Source of the DNA: an uncultured Holophaga sp.
GTDB lineage: Bacteria; Acidobacteriota; Holophagae; Holophagales; Holophagaceae
Reading direction: 5' to 3'
NCBI GenBank assembly: GCA_963664825.1
Contig: OY761614.1
Span: forward strand, 1,760,001-1,824,000
DNA: 64,000 nt
Below, one piece after another: positions 18,840 through 28,012 of this stretch; position 1 is the first letter of the stretch, and every line of letters starts with the position of its first letter. The notes beneath the pieces were generated by a model. That model worked only from the letters and a program-made list of their open reading frames with translations. It was not told the origin of the DNA and did not search any database. Both the position numbers and the translations under genes were made by a program.

Positions 18840-20011
18840 TTCCGGGACCCGTCCCCATCACAGGTCTGGGCTGCATCTGCGCGCTGGGCGGGACTCTGGA
18901 TGCATGTATGGAGGGCCTGTTCTCGGGAAGCCGCGACCCCAGGCCCCCCTCCCGCTTCACCACCACCCATCCCATCGCATACCCCGTGTTCGAGGTGCTG
19001 GCCTTCAAGGACGTACCTGGCATGCTCCGCACCAGCGCCCTGGGCCTGCGCGCGGCCCGGGAGGCTCTGGAGGATGCGGGGCTGGAGCAGGGAGTGCTGG
19101 ACGGCCTCCGCGTCGGAGTCTGCATGGGGACCACCGTGGGTAGTGCCCTCAACGATGAGGCCTTCTGCCGGGCTCACCGGGCGGGGGAAGATCCCGACAT
19201 GGCTCCCATGGCGCGGATCCTGAACAGCAATCCGGCCGCCGTCATTGCCCGGGCCTTCGGATTCCGGGGACCCTGCCAGACGGTGGTGAACGCCTGTTCC
19301 TCTGGCACCGACGCCATCGGCCTGGGGGCTTCCTGGATCCAGGCAGGCCTCTGTGATCTGGTCCTGGCCGGGGGAGCCGACGAATTGGGCCGGGTCACCT
19401 ACAACGGTTTCATCGCCCTCAAGATCACGGATCCCGCGCCCTGCAAGCCCTTTGATCTGAACCGGAAGGGGCTGAATCTGGGAGAAGGGGCCGCCGTGCT
19501 TGTCCTGGAATCCCAGCGGAGCCGCTCCATCCGGGGAGGGCGGGCCCGTTCTTTTGTCGTGGGCTACGGTTCGGCCTGCGATGCCTATCATCAGACCGCT
19601 CCCAGGCCCGATGGCGCGGGGCTCAAGCGGGCCATCGCCGAGGCCCTCGGAAGCACGCCCGCCTCGGCCTTGGCTTTCGTCAACGCCCACGGCACCGGCA
19701 CGCCCGATAACGACCGGGTGGAGAGCCATGTGCTGGCTGAGGTCCTGCCCGGCGTGCCCTTCCTCTCCACCAAGGGCTATACGGGCCACACCCTGGGGGC
19801 CGCGGGTGCCATCGAGGCGGCCTTCACGGTGGCCTGCCTGGAACAGGGGCGGATCCCGGCCAATGTGGGTTTCGAGACGCCCGATCTGGGGCAGGGGGCC
19901 GGTCCCGTTGGGTGCATCACGGTCACGGAAGGGCAAACCGCCCTTTCTGAATCCTTGGCCTTCGGGGGCAATAACGCGGTGGTGGCCCTGGGAATGGGGG
20001 AGGGCTCATGA
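18836..20011 (+). CDS. beta-ketoacyl-ACP synthase (ApeO-like KS)
   Basis: Catalytic NACSSG, NAHGTGT and GHTLGAAG; GLNLGEGA. Confidence 0.92.
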   Translation: MIPGPVPITGLGCICALGGTLDACMEGLFSGSRDPRPPSRFTTTHPIAYPVFEVLAFKDVPGMLRTSALGLRAAREALEDAGLEQGVLDGLRVGVCMGTTVGSALNDEAFCRAHRAGEDPDMAPMARILNSNPAAVIARAFGFRGPCQTVVNACSSGTDAIGLGASWIQAGLCDLVLAGGADELGRVTYNGFIALKITDPAPCKPFDLNRKGLNLGEGAAVLVLESQRSRSIRGGRARSFVVGYGSACDAYHQTAPRPDGAGLKRAIAEALGSTPASALAFVNAHGTGTPDNDRVESHVLAEVLPGVPFLSTKGYTGHTLGAAGAIEAAFTVACLEQGRIPANVGFETPDLGQGAGPVGCITVTEGQTALSESLAFGGNNAVVALGMGEGS

Positions 20012-21096
20012 CGCGCATCACGGTGCAGGGCATCGGCGTGCTGGGGGCCTTCGGCGCAGGCGTCGGAGCGTTTAAGGAGGCTCTGGTCGCAGGCCAAAGC
20101 CCTCGATCCCCCTTCACCGTGCCCACGGGGGTGGGGCCCGTGGAATTGGAAGCCTTCAAGGCTGATACCTGCCCTCTGGAAAAACTCGTCTCGGCCCGAG
20201 TGCTGCGCCGGATGGACCACTTCACCAAGATGGGGCTGCTGGGGGCTCATCTGGCCCTGGCGGATGCGGGGCTGGAGGCGGCTGGCCAGGAGGGCCTGGG
20301 CGTCATCATCGCCAGCGGCTACGGCGCCACCACTACCACCTACGCGCTCCTGGATTCCCTCATCCACGATGGCGACGCCTGCACCTCCCCCACCCACTTC
20401 GCCAATTCGCTGCACAACGCCTGCGCGGCCAATATGGCCATCGTCCTGGGCACCACCGGGCCGAACCTCACGGTCAGCCAGTTCGATCTGAGCGTGCCTT
20501 CGGCCCTCCTCACGGCTCGCCAATGGCTCCTGGAGGGGCGGGTGGAACGGGTGCTCTTCGGGGCCCTGGATGAACTCTCCGATCTCATCGGCTACACCTG
20601 GTACCGCCAGCGGGGGAGAACTCGCCTGGAGCCCATGTGCCCCTTGAGCACCTCGAAAGAAACCGCGATCCCCGGCGAAGGTGCGGCCTTCCTGGTGCTC
20701 TCCCGGGTGGAGGAGTCCCGCCCCGGGTACTGCACACTCGACGCGGTGGCCACGGGCCGCGGCCTGGGTTTGAAGCCATCCCAGGCGGAATTGCGGCTGC
20801 TCGGCGCCGATGGGCGCCGGGAATTGGGCTCCCGGTACAGATCCGCGGCCCAGGGTTGCCCCATCGCCTGCTACACGCCCCTCTACGGCAGCATGCCTGC
20901 CAGCCCCGCCTTCGATCTGGCCGTGGGGGCCCTCATGCTGAAGGAGGGGATCCAGTTCCCCACACCCGGCGCCCCTGGCTGCGACTTTCCTGGAGAGGTG
21001 GCGATGCCGGGGCTCCTGAAGGCCGAACGGATCGCCTGCCTTACGCTGGCGGAGGAAGAGGGATACGGAGTGGTGGAACTGGGGCGCTGCAAGTGA
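20008..21096 (+). CDS. ketosynthase chain-length factor (inactive KS partner)
   Basis: LRRMD, SPTHFANSLHN and GEGAAFLVL. Catalytic Cys and His motifs absent. Confidence 0.85.
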   Translation: MTRITVQGIGVLGAFGAGVGAFKEALVAGQSPRSPFTVPTGVGPVELEAFKADTCPLEKLVSARVLRRMDHFTKMGLLGAHLALADAGLEAAGQEGLGVIIASGYGATTTTYALLDSLIHDGDACTSPTHFANSLHNACAANMAIVLGTTGPNLTVSQFDLSVPSALLTARQWLLEGRVERVLFGALDELSDLIGYTWYRQRGRTRLEPMCPLSTSKETAIPGEGAAFLVLSRVEESRPGYCTLDAVATGRGLGLKPSQAELRLLGADGRRELGSRYRSAAQGCPIACYTPLYGSMPASPAFDLAVGALMLKEGIQFPTPGAPGCDFPGEVAMPGLLKAERIACLTLAEEEGYGVVELGRCK

Positions 21097-21187
21097 CACT
21101 CCCCAGCGCCAATGCGATAGCAAATGGAAATGCTTGATCGGCTGGTTGTCTTTGCGTACCGCTGATGAATCGATGAGGAACCCGAAC

Positions 21188-23179
21188 ATGAAACCCATCC
21201 TGAAGTTCGCTCTGATTCTGGCGCTGGGCGCCTCGACAGTCCTCCAGGCCGGTTCCGCCCTGACCAAGGCTGCGGCCGGGGGTGATCTCACGGGCATCCA
21301 CAGCGCGCTCAAGGCGGGCGAAGGTATCAATGAAATCGATTCCAATGGTTGGACGGCCCTCATGTGGGCGGTCTACTACCGGCAGACCCCGGCCGCCGAA
21401 CTCCTGCTGGAGAAGGGCGCCAATCCCGATCTCCAGTCCAACGACTCCCGGAAGTCCTACGCCAAGGGGACGACGGCGTTGATGATCGCCGCCAGCGATT
21501 GCCAGGAGGACCTGGCTGGGGCCCTGGTGCGGAAGAACGCCAGGAAGGATCTCACGGATGCCACTGGCAATACCGCGGAGACCTTCGCCCAGAAGAATGA
21601 ATGTCCTAGTGTACTCCGCGTCTTGGGTAGCAAGGTGGCCGTAAACAGCGAGCTCGATGCGCTCCTGAAGGAAATCGCGTCCGGGAAGAATGTGAACTTC
21701 CTCGGTGAAGGAGGCTGGACGCCCCTCATGCTCGCTGTTTTCCACCAGGATGCGTACGCCACGAAGACTCTGTTGGGCCTGGGCGCCGATCCGAACATCC
21801 AGTCAACCGAATCTTCCTATCTGACCATTGCCAAGAAACCCATCCCAAAAGGCACCACTGCGCTAATGATTGCCGCCCGGCTCGACAAGGGAGAACTCGC
21901 CGTCCAACTGATGCAGAAGGGGGCTAATGCCAAACTTGCCGATGATACCGGGAGCACGGCGGAAGCCTATGCCTTCAGTTGCGATTCGTGGAGCGTCCAG
22001 GATGTCTTCCTGGATCGGTCTAGGCTGAAGAAATCCTATACCCAGTTGGTTGTCGCAGAATTTTATGTGGGTAGGAAGGCCTCTGGTTACCAAGCTAGTC
22101 AGTGCCAGGAGAAGGTCTTGGGGACCCTCTTAGAGATGAAGGGATTCGACAAGGTCGAGGCGGTAGTGGAGGGGAAAAAATACGATGCATCTGCGCTGCT
22201 GCTCAACGTCGAGATCACGAAATTGGAATTTCCGGTCCTTTTCGGCTCACCCAATGCGAAATTCACGGTGCGTCTGGTGGACGCAGCCACGGGGAGCTTG
22301 GAGCGCGAACAGCAGTTCAGTCTCACTAGTCACGGAGGCGGTGCCAAGGAACAACCGTTTCTCAACGGGGTGGGGTCGATCATCGCGGAATTTGCGCTCA
22401 TGACTGCGGGCAAGGCTCAGCCATGCGAAGAAATGCCAGGCAACGAAAAGTCATTGCCCTCATCCTTTGGATTTGGTGGTGGGCCGGTCTTTGTGCAGAT
22501 AGAAAATCGACCGTCCACATATTGGCAGATTATTGAACAAATGCCGACCTATCCGACATTCCGTGAAGAGAGTTTCAGGTTCGCGGCGCTTCGAACCCAA
22601 CGTATCGCCGTCTGGCCTCTCTCCTTTGTGGGCTTGGATTCGGCTATGACTGGGACCGTCCTGGATGAGTACGGGACGCAAGACAAATTCTTGGCTGCCC
22701 TCTCCCTGAAATTATCGACCCGCTGGCTCAGCTTGGCCGCGGCCGAAAGCCTGGGCACAGATGCGGTACGGGCCTCCCTGGGCGAGGGCGAATCCAAGGT
22801 CTGGCTGGATTCCAGACGCATCCTGCCCTGGGTCAATTCCCATCTCCTGGCGAAGAACCAGCTCGGCCCCGGCTTCGATGCTCTGGCCAAGCATCCCCGT
22901 CTGCAGGGGATTCGGTATCTTATCCTTCCCCACCATCTGCGTTCGGCTCGCATCGTCGTGCAGACTGGGGGTGCTGGACCCATGATGGCGCCGACCTCCT
23001 CGGCCAGGACAAGATCCAGCCTCGGCGTGGCCATCATCGACCTGTCTCAGGGCCGTGTCGTTTGGAACGGAGCCTTCACCGCTTCCGCCAGCAGCAACTG
23101 GATGGAAGGCAAGGCTCTTCACGAAAATGAGGATGGGCTCCTGGAGGCTCTAGAAAAGGAAGTTCGCGGGGGCAAGTGA
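21188..23179 (+). CDS. secreted ankyrin-repeat multidomain protein
   Basis: Signal peptide, GWTALMWA, GTTALMIAA (x2) and GWTPLMLA ankyrin repeats, then two non-ankyrin C-terminal domains. Confidence 0.8.
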   Translation: MKPILKFALILALGASTVLQAGSALTKAAAGGDLTGIHSALKAGEGINEIDSNGWTALMWAVYYRQTPAAELLLEKGANPDLQSNDSRKSYAKGTTALMIAASDCQEDLAGALVRKNARKDLTDATGNTAETFAQKNECPSVLRVLGSKVAVNSELDALLKEIASGKNVNFLGEGGWTPLMLAVFHQDAYATKTLLGLGADPNIQSTESSYLTIAKKPIPKGTTALMIAARLDKGELAVQLMQKGANAKLADDTGSTAEAYAFSCDSWSVQDVFLDRSRLKKSYTQLVVAEFYVGRKASGYQASQCQEKVLGTLLEMKGFDKVEAVVEGKKYDASALLLNVEITKLEFPVLFGSPNAKFTVRLVDAATGSLEREQQFSLTSHGGGAKEQPFLNGVGSIIAEFALMTAGKAQPCEEMPGNEKSLPSSFGFGGGPVFVQIENRPSTYWQIIEQMPTYPTFREESFRFAALRTQRIAVWPLSFVGLDSAMTGTVLDEYGTQDKFLAALSLKLSTRWLSLAAAESLGTDAVRASLGEGESKVWLDSRRILPWVNSHLLAKNQLGPGFDALAKHPRLQGIRYLILPHHLRSARIVVQTGGAGPMMAPTSSARTRSSLGVAIIDLSQGRVVWNGAFTASASSNWMEGKALHENEDGLLEALEKEVRGGK

Positions 23180-23275
23180 AGCCATCTCTGGGGGCTACCC
23201 CAAAACATCGGGCGAGGTAGAATTCTGCGTGAATCCTGCGCTTCCCCATCTGCCGATTCCAGCCGGAGGTACCCC

Positions 23276-23737
23276 ATGAATCACCTTGCACGCCTTGTCT
23301 TGCTCCCAGTTCTCTGCGGCTCCGTCAGCCTCATGGCCGCGCCGAAGAAGCTCTCCAACGCCGCGCTCAGCGGGGATCTCACCCAGGTCAAGGCCCAGTT
23401 CCAGGCCACTCCCGAGGAGATCAACCAGATCGACAAGTGGGGCTGGACGCCCCTCATGTGGGCGACCCTGAGGCAGTACGTCCCCATCGTGAAATACCTC
23501 CTGGAAAACGGCGCCGATCCCAATCTCGCGGCCCAGAAGGCCGATGTGGTCATCAAGGCTGGTGCCACGCCGCTCATCATCTGCGGCTACTACGGCACGC
23601 CGGAGATCGCCAAGCTGCTCCTGGCCGCCAAGGCCGATCCCTCCAAGGAGGACAACGCCGGGGAGACGGCCCTGAGCTACGCGAAGCGGTACGAGTTCAA
23701 GGAGATGGTGGAACTCCTCTCCAAGGCCGCCAAGTAG
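23276..23737 (+). CDS. small secreted ankyrin-repeat protein
   Basis: GGAGG RBS, signal peptide, GWTPLMWA, GATPLII and GETALSYA. Confidence 0.85.
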   Translation: MNHLARLVLLPVLCGSVSLMAAPKKLSNAALSGDLTQVKAQFQATPEEINQIDKWGWTPLMWATLRQYVPIVKYLLENGADPNLAAQKADVVIKAGATPLIICGYYGTPEIAKLLLAAKADPSKEDNAGETALSYAKRYEFKEMVELLSKAAK

Positions 23738-23880
23738 AACCATTTCGGGGGCAGGGAAGAACGGGATGGACACGGGCTGTCTATCACACGAATGTGATGG
23801 TGCCATCAGTGTTCCAATATCGAGTTCGCCACCTTCTGAAACTGGGAATCCGCTTTTTGGACGCATTGTTTTCCTGCGGA

Positions 23881-25053
23881 TCATCCCTGTGTTTTTGAGG
23901 GGCTGTTTCGCAGTGTCTTGATGAGGCCATAGGTCAGCAGGGCCCCCAGGCCGCCCAGGATGGGGCCGACGATGAACGAGCCCAGGAGCCACTCCCAGAG
24001 CCTCAGGTGGATCTCGTTCACCAGGGCGTGGCGTGTGAAGGTGGTCCACCATCTGCCGTGGAGCAGGAGGTGGCCCACTTCGATGCAGAGGAAGGGCACG
24101 AAGGGGACGACGCAGACGTTGCTGGCCCCGACTCCGGCGAGCTTGTTGAGGTGGAGCCGGTGGCAGACGTAGAGAATTGTGGCGATGCCGAAGGGGATGA
24201 TGGGCAGGGAGCCGATGAAGATCCCCACCCAGGCGGCGGCGGCCAGATCCTTGGGGCTCGTATGCTCCAGGCTCAACTGGCGCAGGAAGCCGATGGGATG
24301 CAGGAGGCTGGAGGGCCTTGGATCTCGGGGCGGTTTGGGAAAGAGGCGGCGATGGGGCCAGGGGAGGAGGGAGCGCGTCACCAGGTAGGTGTGAAGGACG
24401 CTGAGGCGCAGATTGTCCCTGAATTTGCGGAAATGGGAGATCCTCTGGGCCCCGGGGGCGTAATAGACACTGACTGGCGTGGAGATGACCGGTAGCCCAG
24501 CCCAGGCTCCCCGCACCAGCACCTCGATTTCGAAGGTGTAGCGCCGGGAGAGGAAGCCCCCCAGGGTGAGTAGGGCCGTGGGATAGAGGCGGTATCCGCT
24601 CTGGGTATCGGGCAGGGCTTTCCCGCATTCCAGGCGGACCCAGAAATTGGAAAAGGCCATGCCGAAGCGGCTGGAGGAGGGCACGTTCAGGGCCTCCATC
24701 TGCCGCGCCCCCAGGGCGATGGCGGGCCAGAAGGGAAGGGCTGCCTCCAGGAGCCGTCGGGCATCGGCCGGATCGTGCTGGCCATCGGCGTCCAGGGTGA
24801 GGATGGCCTCGAAGCCAAGGTCTGCCGCGATGGCCGCCCCGGCCTGGATGGCCGCTCCCTTGCCCCGGTTTCGGGGAAGCCTGTGGCGGGCGATGGGCAG
24901 GTCGGCCACGGCCTCCAGACTGCCGTCGCTGCTGCCGTCATCGACCACTAGGACCGGATAACCCTCCCGCAGGCAGGCCTCCACCACGCCGCGAAGGGTG
25001 GCAGCGTGGTTGTAGACGGGGATGAGGAGGAGTGTCTTCAGCGGCGCGGGCAT
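23881..25053 (-). CDS. GT2 glycosyltransferase fused to DUF2062-like membrane domain
   Basis: IPVYNH, VVDDGS.D, NRGKGAA, DADGQH and DTQSGYRLYP, plus a hydrophobic C-terminal domain. Confidence 0.88.
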   Translation of the reverse strand: MPAPLKTLLLIPVYNHAATLRGVVEACLREGYPVLVVDDGSSDGSLEAVADLPIARHRLPRNRGKGAAIQAGAAIAADLGFEAILTLDADGQHDPADARRLLEAALPFWPAIALGARQMEALNVPSSSRFGMAFSNFWVRLECGKALPDTQSGYRLYPTALLTLGGFLSRRYTFEIEVLVRGAWAGLPVISTPVSVYYAPGAQRISHFRKFRDNLRLSVLHTYLVTRSLLPWPHRRLFPKPPRDPRPSSLLHPIGFLRQLSLEHTSPKDLAAAAWVGIFIGSLPIIPFGIATILYVCHRLHLNKLAGVGASNVCVVPFVPFLCIEVGHLLLHGRWWTTFTRHALVNEIHLRLWEWLLGSFIVGPILGGLGALLTYGLIKTLRNSPSKTQG

Positions 25054-25058
25054 CAGGG

Positions 25059-26513
25059 TCAGTGTGGATCAGGCCTGCGGGCCACCACTTCCAGCAGCAT
25101 GCCTCCGGAGATCACGCATCTGAGGAGGTGGGGGCGGATGGAGACGGGCTCCAATCCGGCTCCCAGGAGCATGTTCCGCATCTGGCGCCGACTATGGGAC
25201 TTCAGCCAGATCCCCTGGCGCATGGCGTTCCCGATCTGGGTGAAGACCCGGAAGAGGCAGGTCCGGGCCGTGATGAAATAGATCGTGCCGCCGGGGCGGA
25301 CCTGGGGGGCGAGGCGCCGCAGGAAGGCCGGGAGATCGGTGAGGTACTCCAGGGCCGAGAAGGCGCAGACCACGTCGAAGGGGCCCTCCAGATCCATGGT
25401 TTCCACATTGCCGACGCGGCACCGCACATTGGTGATGCCCTCGGCCCTGCATTTCTGGTCCAGGATGGCCAGCATATTGCCGGAGATATCCAGGGCTTCC
25501 ACCTCTTCGCAGTGCTTGGCCAGGGTGGTGGTGAAGATGCCCGTGCCTGCGCCGATCTCCAGGACCCGATGGGCCCCTTGGAAGCATTCGGGCAGCCGCC
25601 TCGTGAAGAGCTCCAGCTCCGTGCGCCTGGAGATGGAGACCTTGGAGCAGAATTGCTCCTGATCGTAGGTGGCCGCCAGCCCATCGTAGAAGAGTGCGGC
25701 CGCATTGGCGCCGGAAGCCGAATCCACGGTCTGCATGACCTCCTTGCCGATGATCTGGGCCAGGGGCTGGACCTGGAGGCCCTTGACCCTCAGCTCCACT
25801 AGGACGGCTTCGACCTGTCCCAGGAGTTCCTCCACCTCGCCCTTCAGGGGGGCCACCTCATGGAGCAGGAGGATGCTGCCGGGGCGCACGTTCCGAAGCA
25901 CACGCTGGGCTAGGTTCCGGATGCGCCTATTGCCCATGTCCCCGGCCCGGCAATCGAAATTGACGCAGAACATGCCGAGCTTCAGGAGCACGGGCCAGAG
26001 GTGGGGGCTGGTGATGCCCACGGGTGGGCGAAAGGCCAGGGGGACCACGCCGAACTGGCGGAAGAGGGCCTGGCCCGATTCCACTTCCCGCAGGAGGGTG
26101 CGCTTCCCCTTCAGCATCAGGAAGGGGGAATGGTGGTACGAGTGGTTGCCGAGGGTGTGACCCCCCTGGAGGATGGCTTCGATGAGTTCGGGGTGCCGTT
26201 GCGCATTCACGCCCGTGACAAAGAAGGTGGCCTTCACCGAATAGCGGGCCAGGAGCTCCAGGAGCCGGAGGGTCACAGCCGGGTCGGGGCCATCGTCGAA
26301 GGTGAGGGCCACGGATTTTTCATTCTTCCGGCCCCGGCTGATCACGGGCAGGTAGTAGCTGCACCGGGGGAATACCGGGGCGATGGCGCAGATGAGGACG
26401 AAGAGAAGGAGGGGCAAGGGCGCCAGGGCCGGGATAAAAATCAGGAAAAGCGCGTAAAGCTGAAAGGCGCTCAGCGCGAAGAAATGGGCTGGCGACAGGG
26501 GGCAAATCATCAA
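25059..26513 (-). CDS. polysaccharide deacetylase fused to class I SAM-dependent methyltransferase
   Basis: TFDDGP, GNHSYHH and FRPPVG (CE4/NodB); VLEIGAGTG, DIS..ML and FDVV (MTase); N-terminal TM segment. Confidence 0.85.
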   Translation of the reverse strand: MMICPLSPAHFFALSAFQLYALFLIFIPALAPLPLLLFVLICAIAPVFPRCSYYLPVISRGRKNEKSVALTFDDGPDPAVTLRLLELLARYSVKATFFVTGVNAQRHPELIEAILQGGHTLGNHSYHHSPFLMLKGKRTLLREVESGQALFRQFGVVPLAFRPPVGITSPHLWPVLLKLGMFCVNFDCRAGDMGNRRIRNLAQRVLRNVRPGSILLLHEVAPLKGEVEELLGQVEAVLVELRVKGLQVQPLAQIIGKEVMQTVDSASGANAAALFYDGLAATYDQEQFCSKVSISRRTELELFTRRLPECFQGAHRVLEIGAGTGIFTTTLAKHCEEVEALDISGNMLAILDQKCRAEGITNVRCRVGNVETMDLEGPFDVVCAFSALEYLTDLPAFLRRLAPQVRPGGTIYFITARTCLFRVFTQIGNAMRQGIWLKSHSRRQMRNMLLGAGLEPVSIRPHLLRCVISGGMLLEVVARRPDPH

Positions 26514-26601
26514 GCTTTCCTTTTAGGAGGGGGGAGACGCATCGGATTTGTCCCGTAGGATGTGAATTACCCGCAGGTCCCGGGGAATTGATGCCATGAA
26601 C

Positions 26602-26616
26602 TTGACGAAATGTCAA
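26602..26616. promoter_or_regulatory. inverted repeat TTGAC-N5-GTCAA in the divergent promoter region of the cluster
   Basis: TTGACGAAATGTCAA between the divergent starts at 26513 and 26684. Confidence 0.4.
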
Positions 26617-26683
26617 TGCGGGCGCCCTTCGGCAGGGGATGGGAGCTGGGAGGGGCTTCCAGGTATGATCCTTGGGGGTAGGC

Positions 26684-27463
26684 ATGTCTATTGGCGACAG
26701 GATCAGGCTGGCTGGGAAGATCCTGGTGAGCGGAGTCCTGTTCTCGATCCTGGGCATCGGGGGCATGCTCCTCTCGGTGCTCATCATCCCCTTCCTGAAG
26801 CTGGCTCCGGGCGGTCTGGGGGCCCGGCACCGCCGTGGGCGGTGGATGATGCATGTCTGCTTCAAGGCCTTCGTCTGGGCCCTGGAGGGGAGCGGCATCC
26901 TGCGCCTCGAAGTGGAAGGCCTTTCCCAGGATCTTGCCGGCAAGCTGCTCCTGCCCAACCATCCCGGATACCTCGATATCGTCCTGATCCTCTCGGTGCT
27001 GGGAGAGGCGGCCTGCGTGGTCAAGGGGCCCGTCTATGACAGCCCCTTCTTCGGCCTCCTGGTCCGGGAGGCGGGCCATGTGCCCAACCGCGACCCCGAG
27101 GGGGTCATCGAAGCCGGGGCGGAGGCCCTGAGCCAGGGCAATAGCCTCATTGTATTCCCCGAAGGGACCCGCACCCGCCCGGGCAGTCCCCTCAAGTTCC
27201 AGCGGGGCGCGGCCCATATCGCCCTGCGCAGCCATGCGCCCATCGTTCCCTTGATCGTGACCTGCAATCCCAGGCTGCTGGAGAAGGGGGCGAAATGGTA
27301 TGATATGCCGCTGCGGACTTGCCGATACCGCGTGTGTATCCAGGCCCCGCTGGCTCTTGATCTACCGGGGATCGACGATCTCCCCCCGCATCAGGCGGCT
27401 CGTCTCTTGACCCGGGAACTGGAGCGCTACTTCCACAAGGAAATCCATGAGTCTGGCCGTTGA
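26684..27463 (+). CDS. PlsC-type acyltransferase (ApeD-like)
   Basis: NHPGYLD (HxxxxD), VFPEGTR and FQRGAA. Confidence 0.88.
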   Translation: MSIGDRIRLAGKILVSGVLFSILGIGGMLLSVLIIPFLKLAPGGLGARHRRGRWMMHVCFKAFVWALEGSGILRLEVEGLSQDLAGKLLLPNHPGYLDIVLILSVLGEAACVVKGPVYDSPFFGLLVREAGHVPNRDPEGVIEAGAEALSQGNSLIVFPEGTRTRPGSPLKFQRGAAHIALRSHAPIVPLIVTCNPRLLEKGAKWYDMPLRTCRYRVCIQAPLALDLPGIDDLPPHQAARLLTRELERYFHKEIHESGR

Positions 27464-27749
27464 TCCCCATGAGATGAAGCAGTTCATCATTGATGTCTTA
27501 GCCTTGGAGGATATGCGTCCCGAGGATATCGGCGATGACGAGCCCCTTTTTCGGGAGGGTCTGGGCCTGGATTCCATCGATGGCCTGGAACTGAGCGTGG
27601 CCCTGAGGAAGCGATTCCACATCGAGTTCACGGATGAGAAACCTGGCACCTGGAACCACCTGGCCACGGTCCGTTCCCTGGTGGCCTTCCTCTCGAGCCA
27701 AGGCTCAACCTCCCCTGCTGTCCCCACGGAGATTCCTTCATGCTCATGA
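27447..27749 (+). CDS. acyl carrier protein (ApeE-like)
   Basis: PLFREGLGLDSIDGLEL. Confidence 0.88.
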   Translation: MSLAVDPHEMKQFIIDVLALEDMRPEDIGDDEPLFREGLGLDSIDGLELSVALRKRFHIEFTDEKPGTWNHLATVRSLVAFLSSQGSTSPAVPTEIPSCS

Positions 27750-27994
27750 CTCAAGACGAAATTTTCATCAAACTTCAAGAGGTGCTCGTCGCATCCTTCC
27801 AGTTGGATCCCGCCCAGATCACCCGGGAAGCCAATCTCTTCACGGATCTGGATCTCGATAGCATCGATGCCGTGGAACTGGCGATTCAGCTTCAGGACAT
27901 CACGGGCCGCAGGGTCAAGGCCGAGGAGTTCAAGGGGGTCCGCACCGTTCAGGATGTGGTGGACGCCGTCCACTTGATGCTGCAGGAGCATTGA
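27740..27994 (+). CDS. acyl carrier protein (ApeF-like)
   Basis: DLDLDSIDAVEL and FKGVRTVQDVVDAV. Confidence 0.9.
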   Translation: MLMTQDEIFIKLQEVLVASFQLDPAQITREANLFTDLDLDSIDAVELAIQLQDITGRRVKAEEFKGVRTVQDVVDAVHLMLQEH

Positions 27995-28012
27995 GGCCTC
28001 AAGGGACTGAAC

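Noticed and set aside
13583..21096. Claim that the organism makes ladderane lipids
   Set aside because: Similar islands occur in non-anammox bacteria and their products are unproven. Only the resemblance is supportable.
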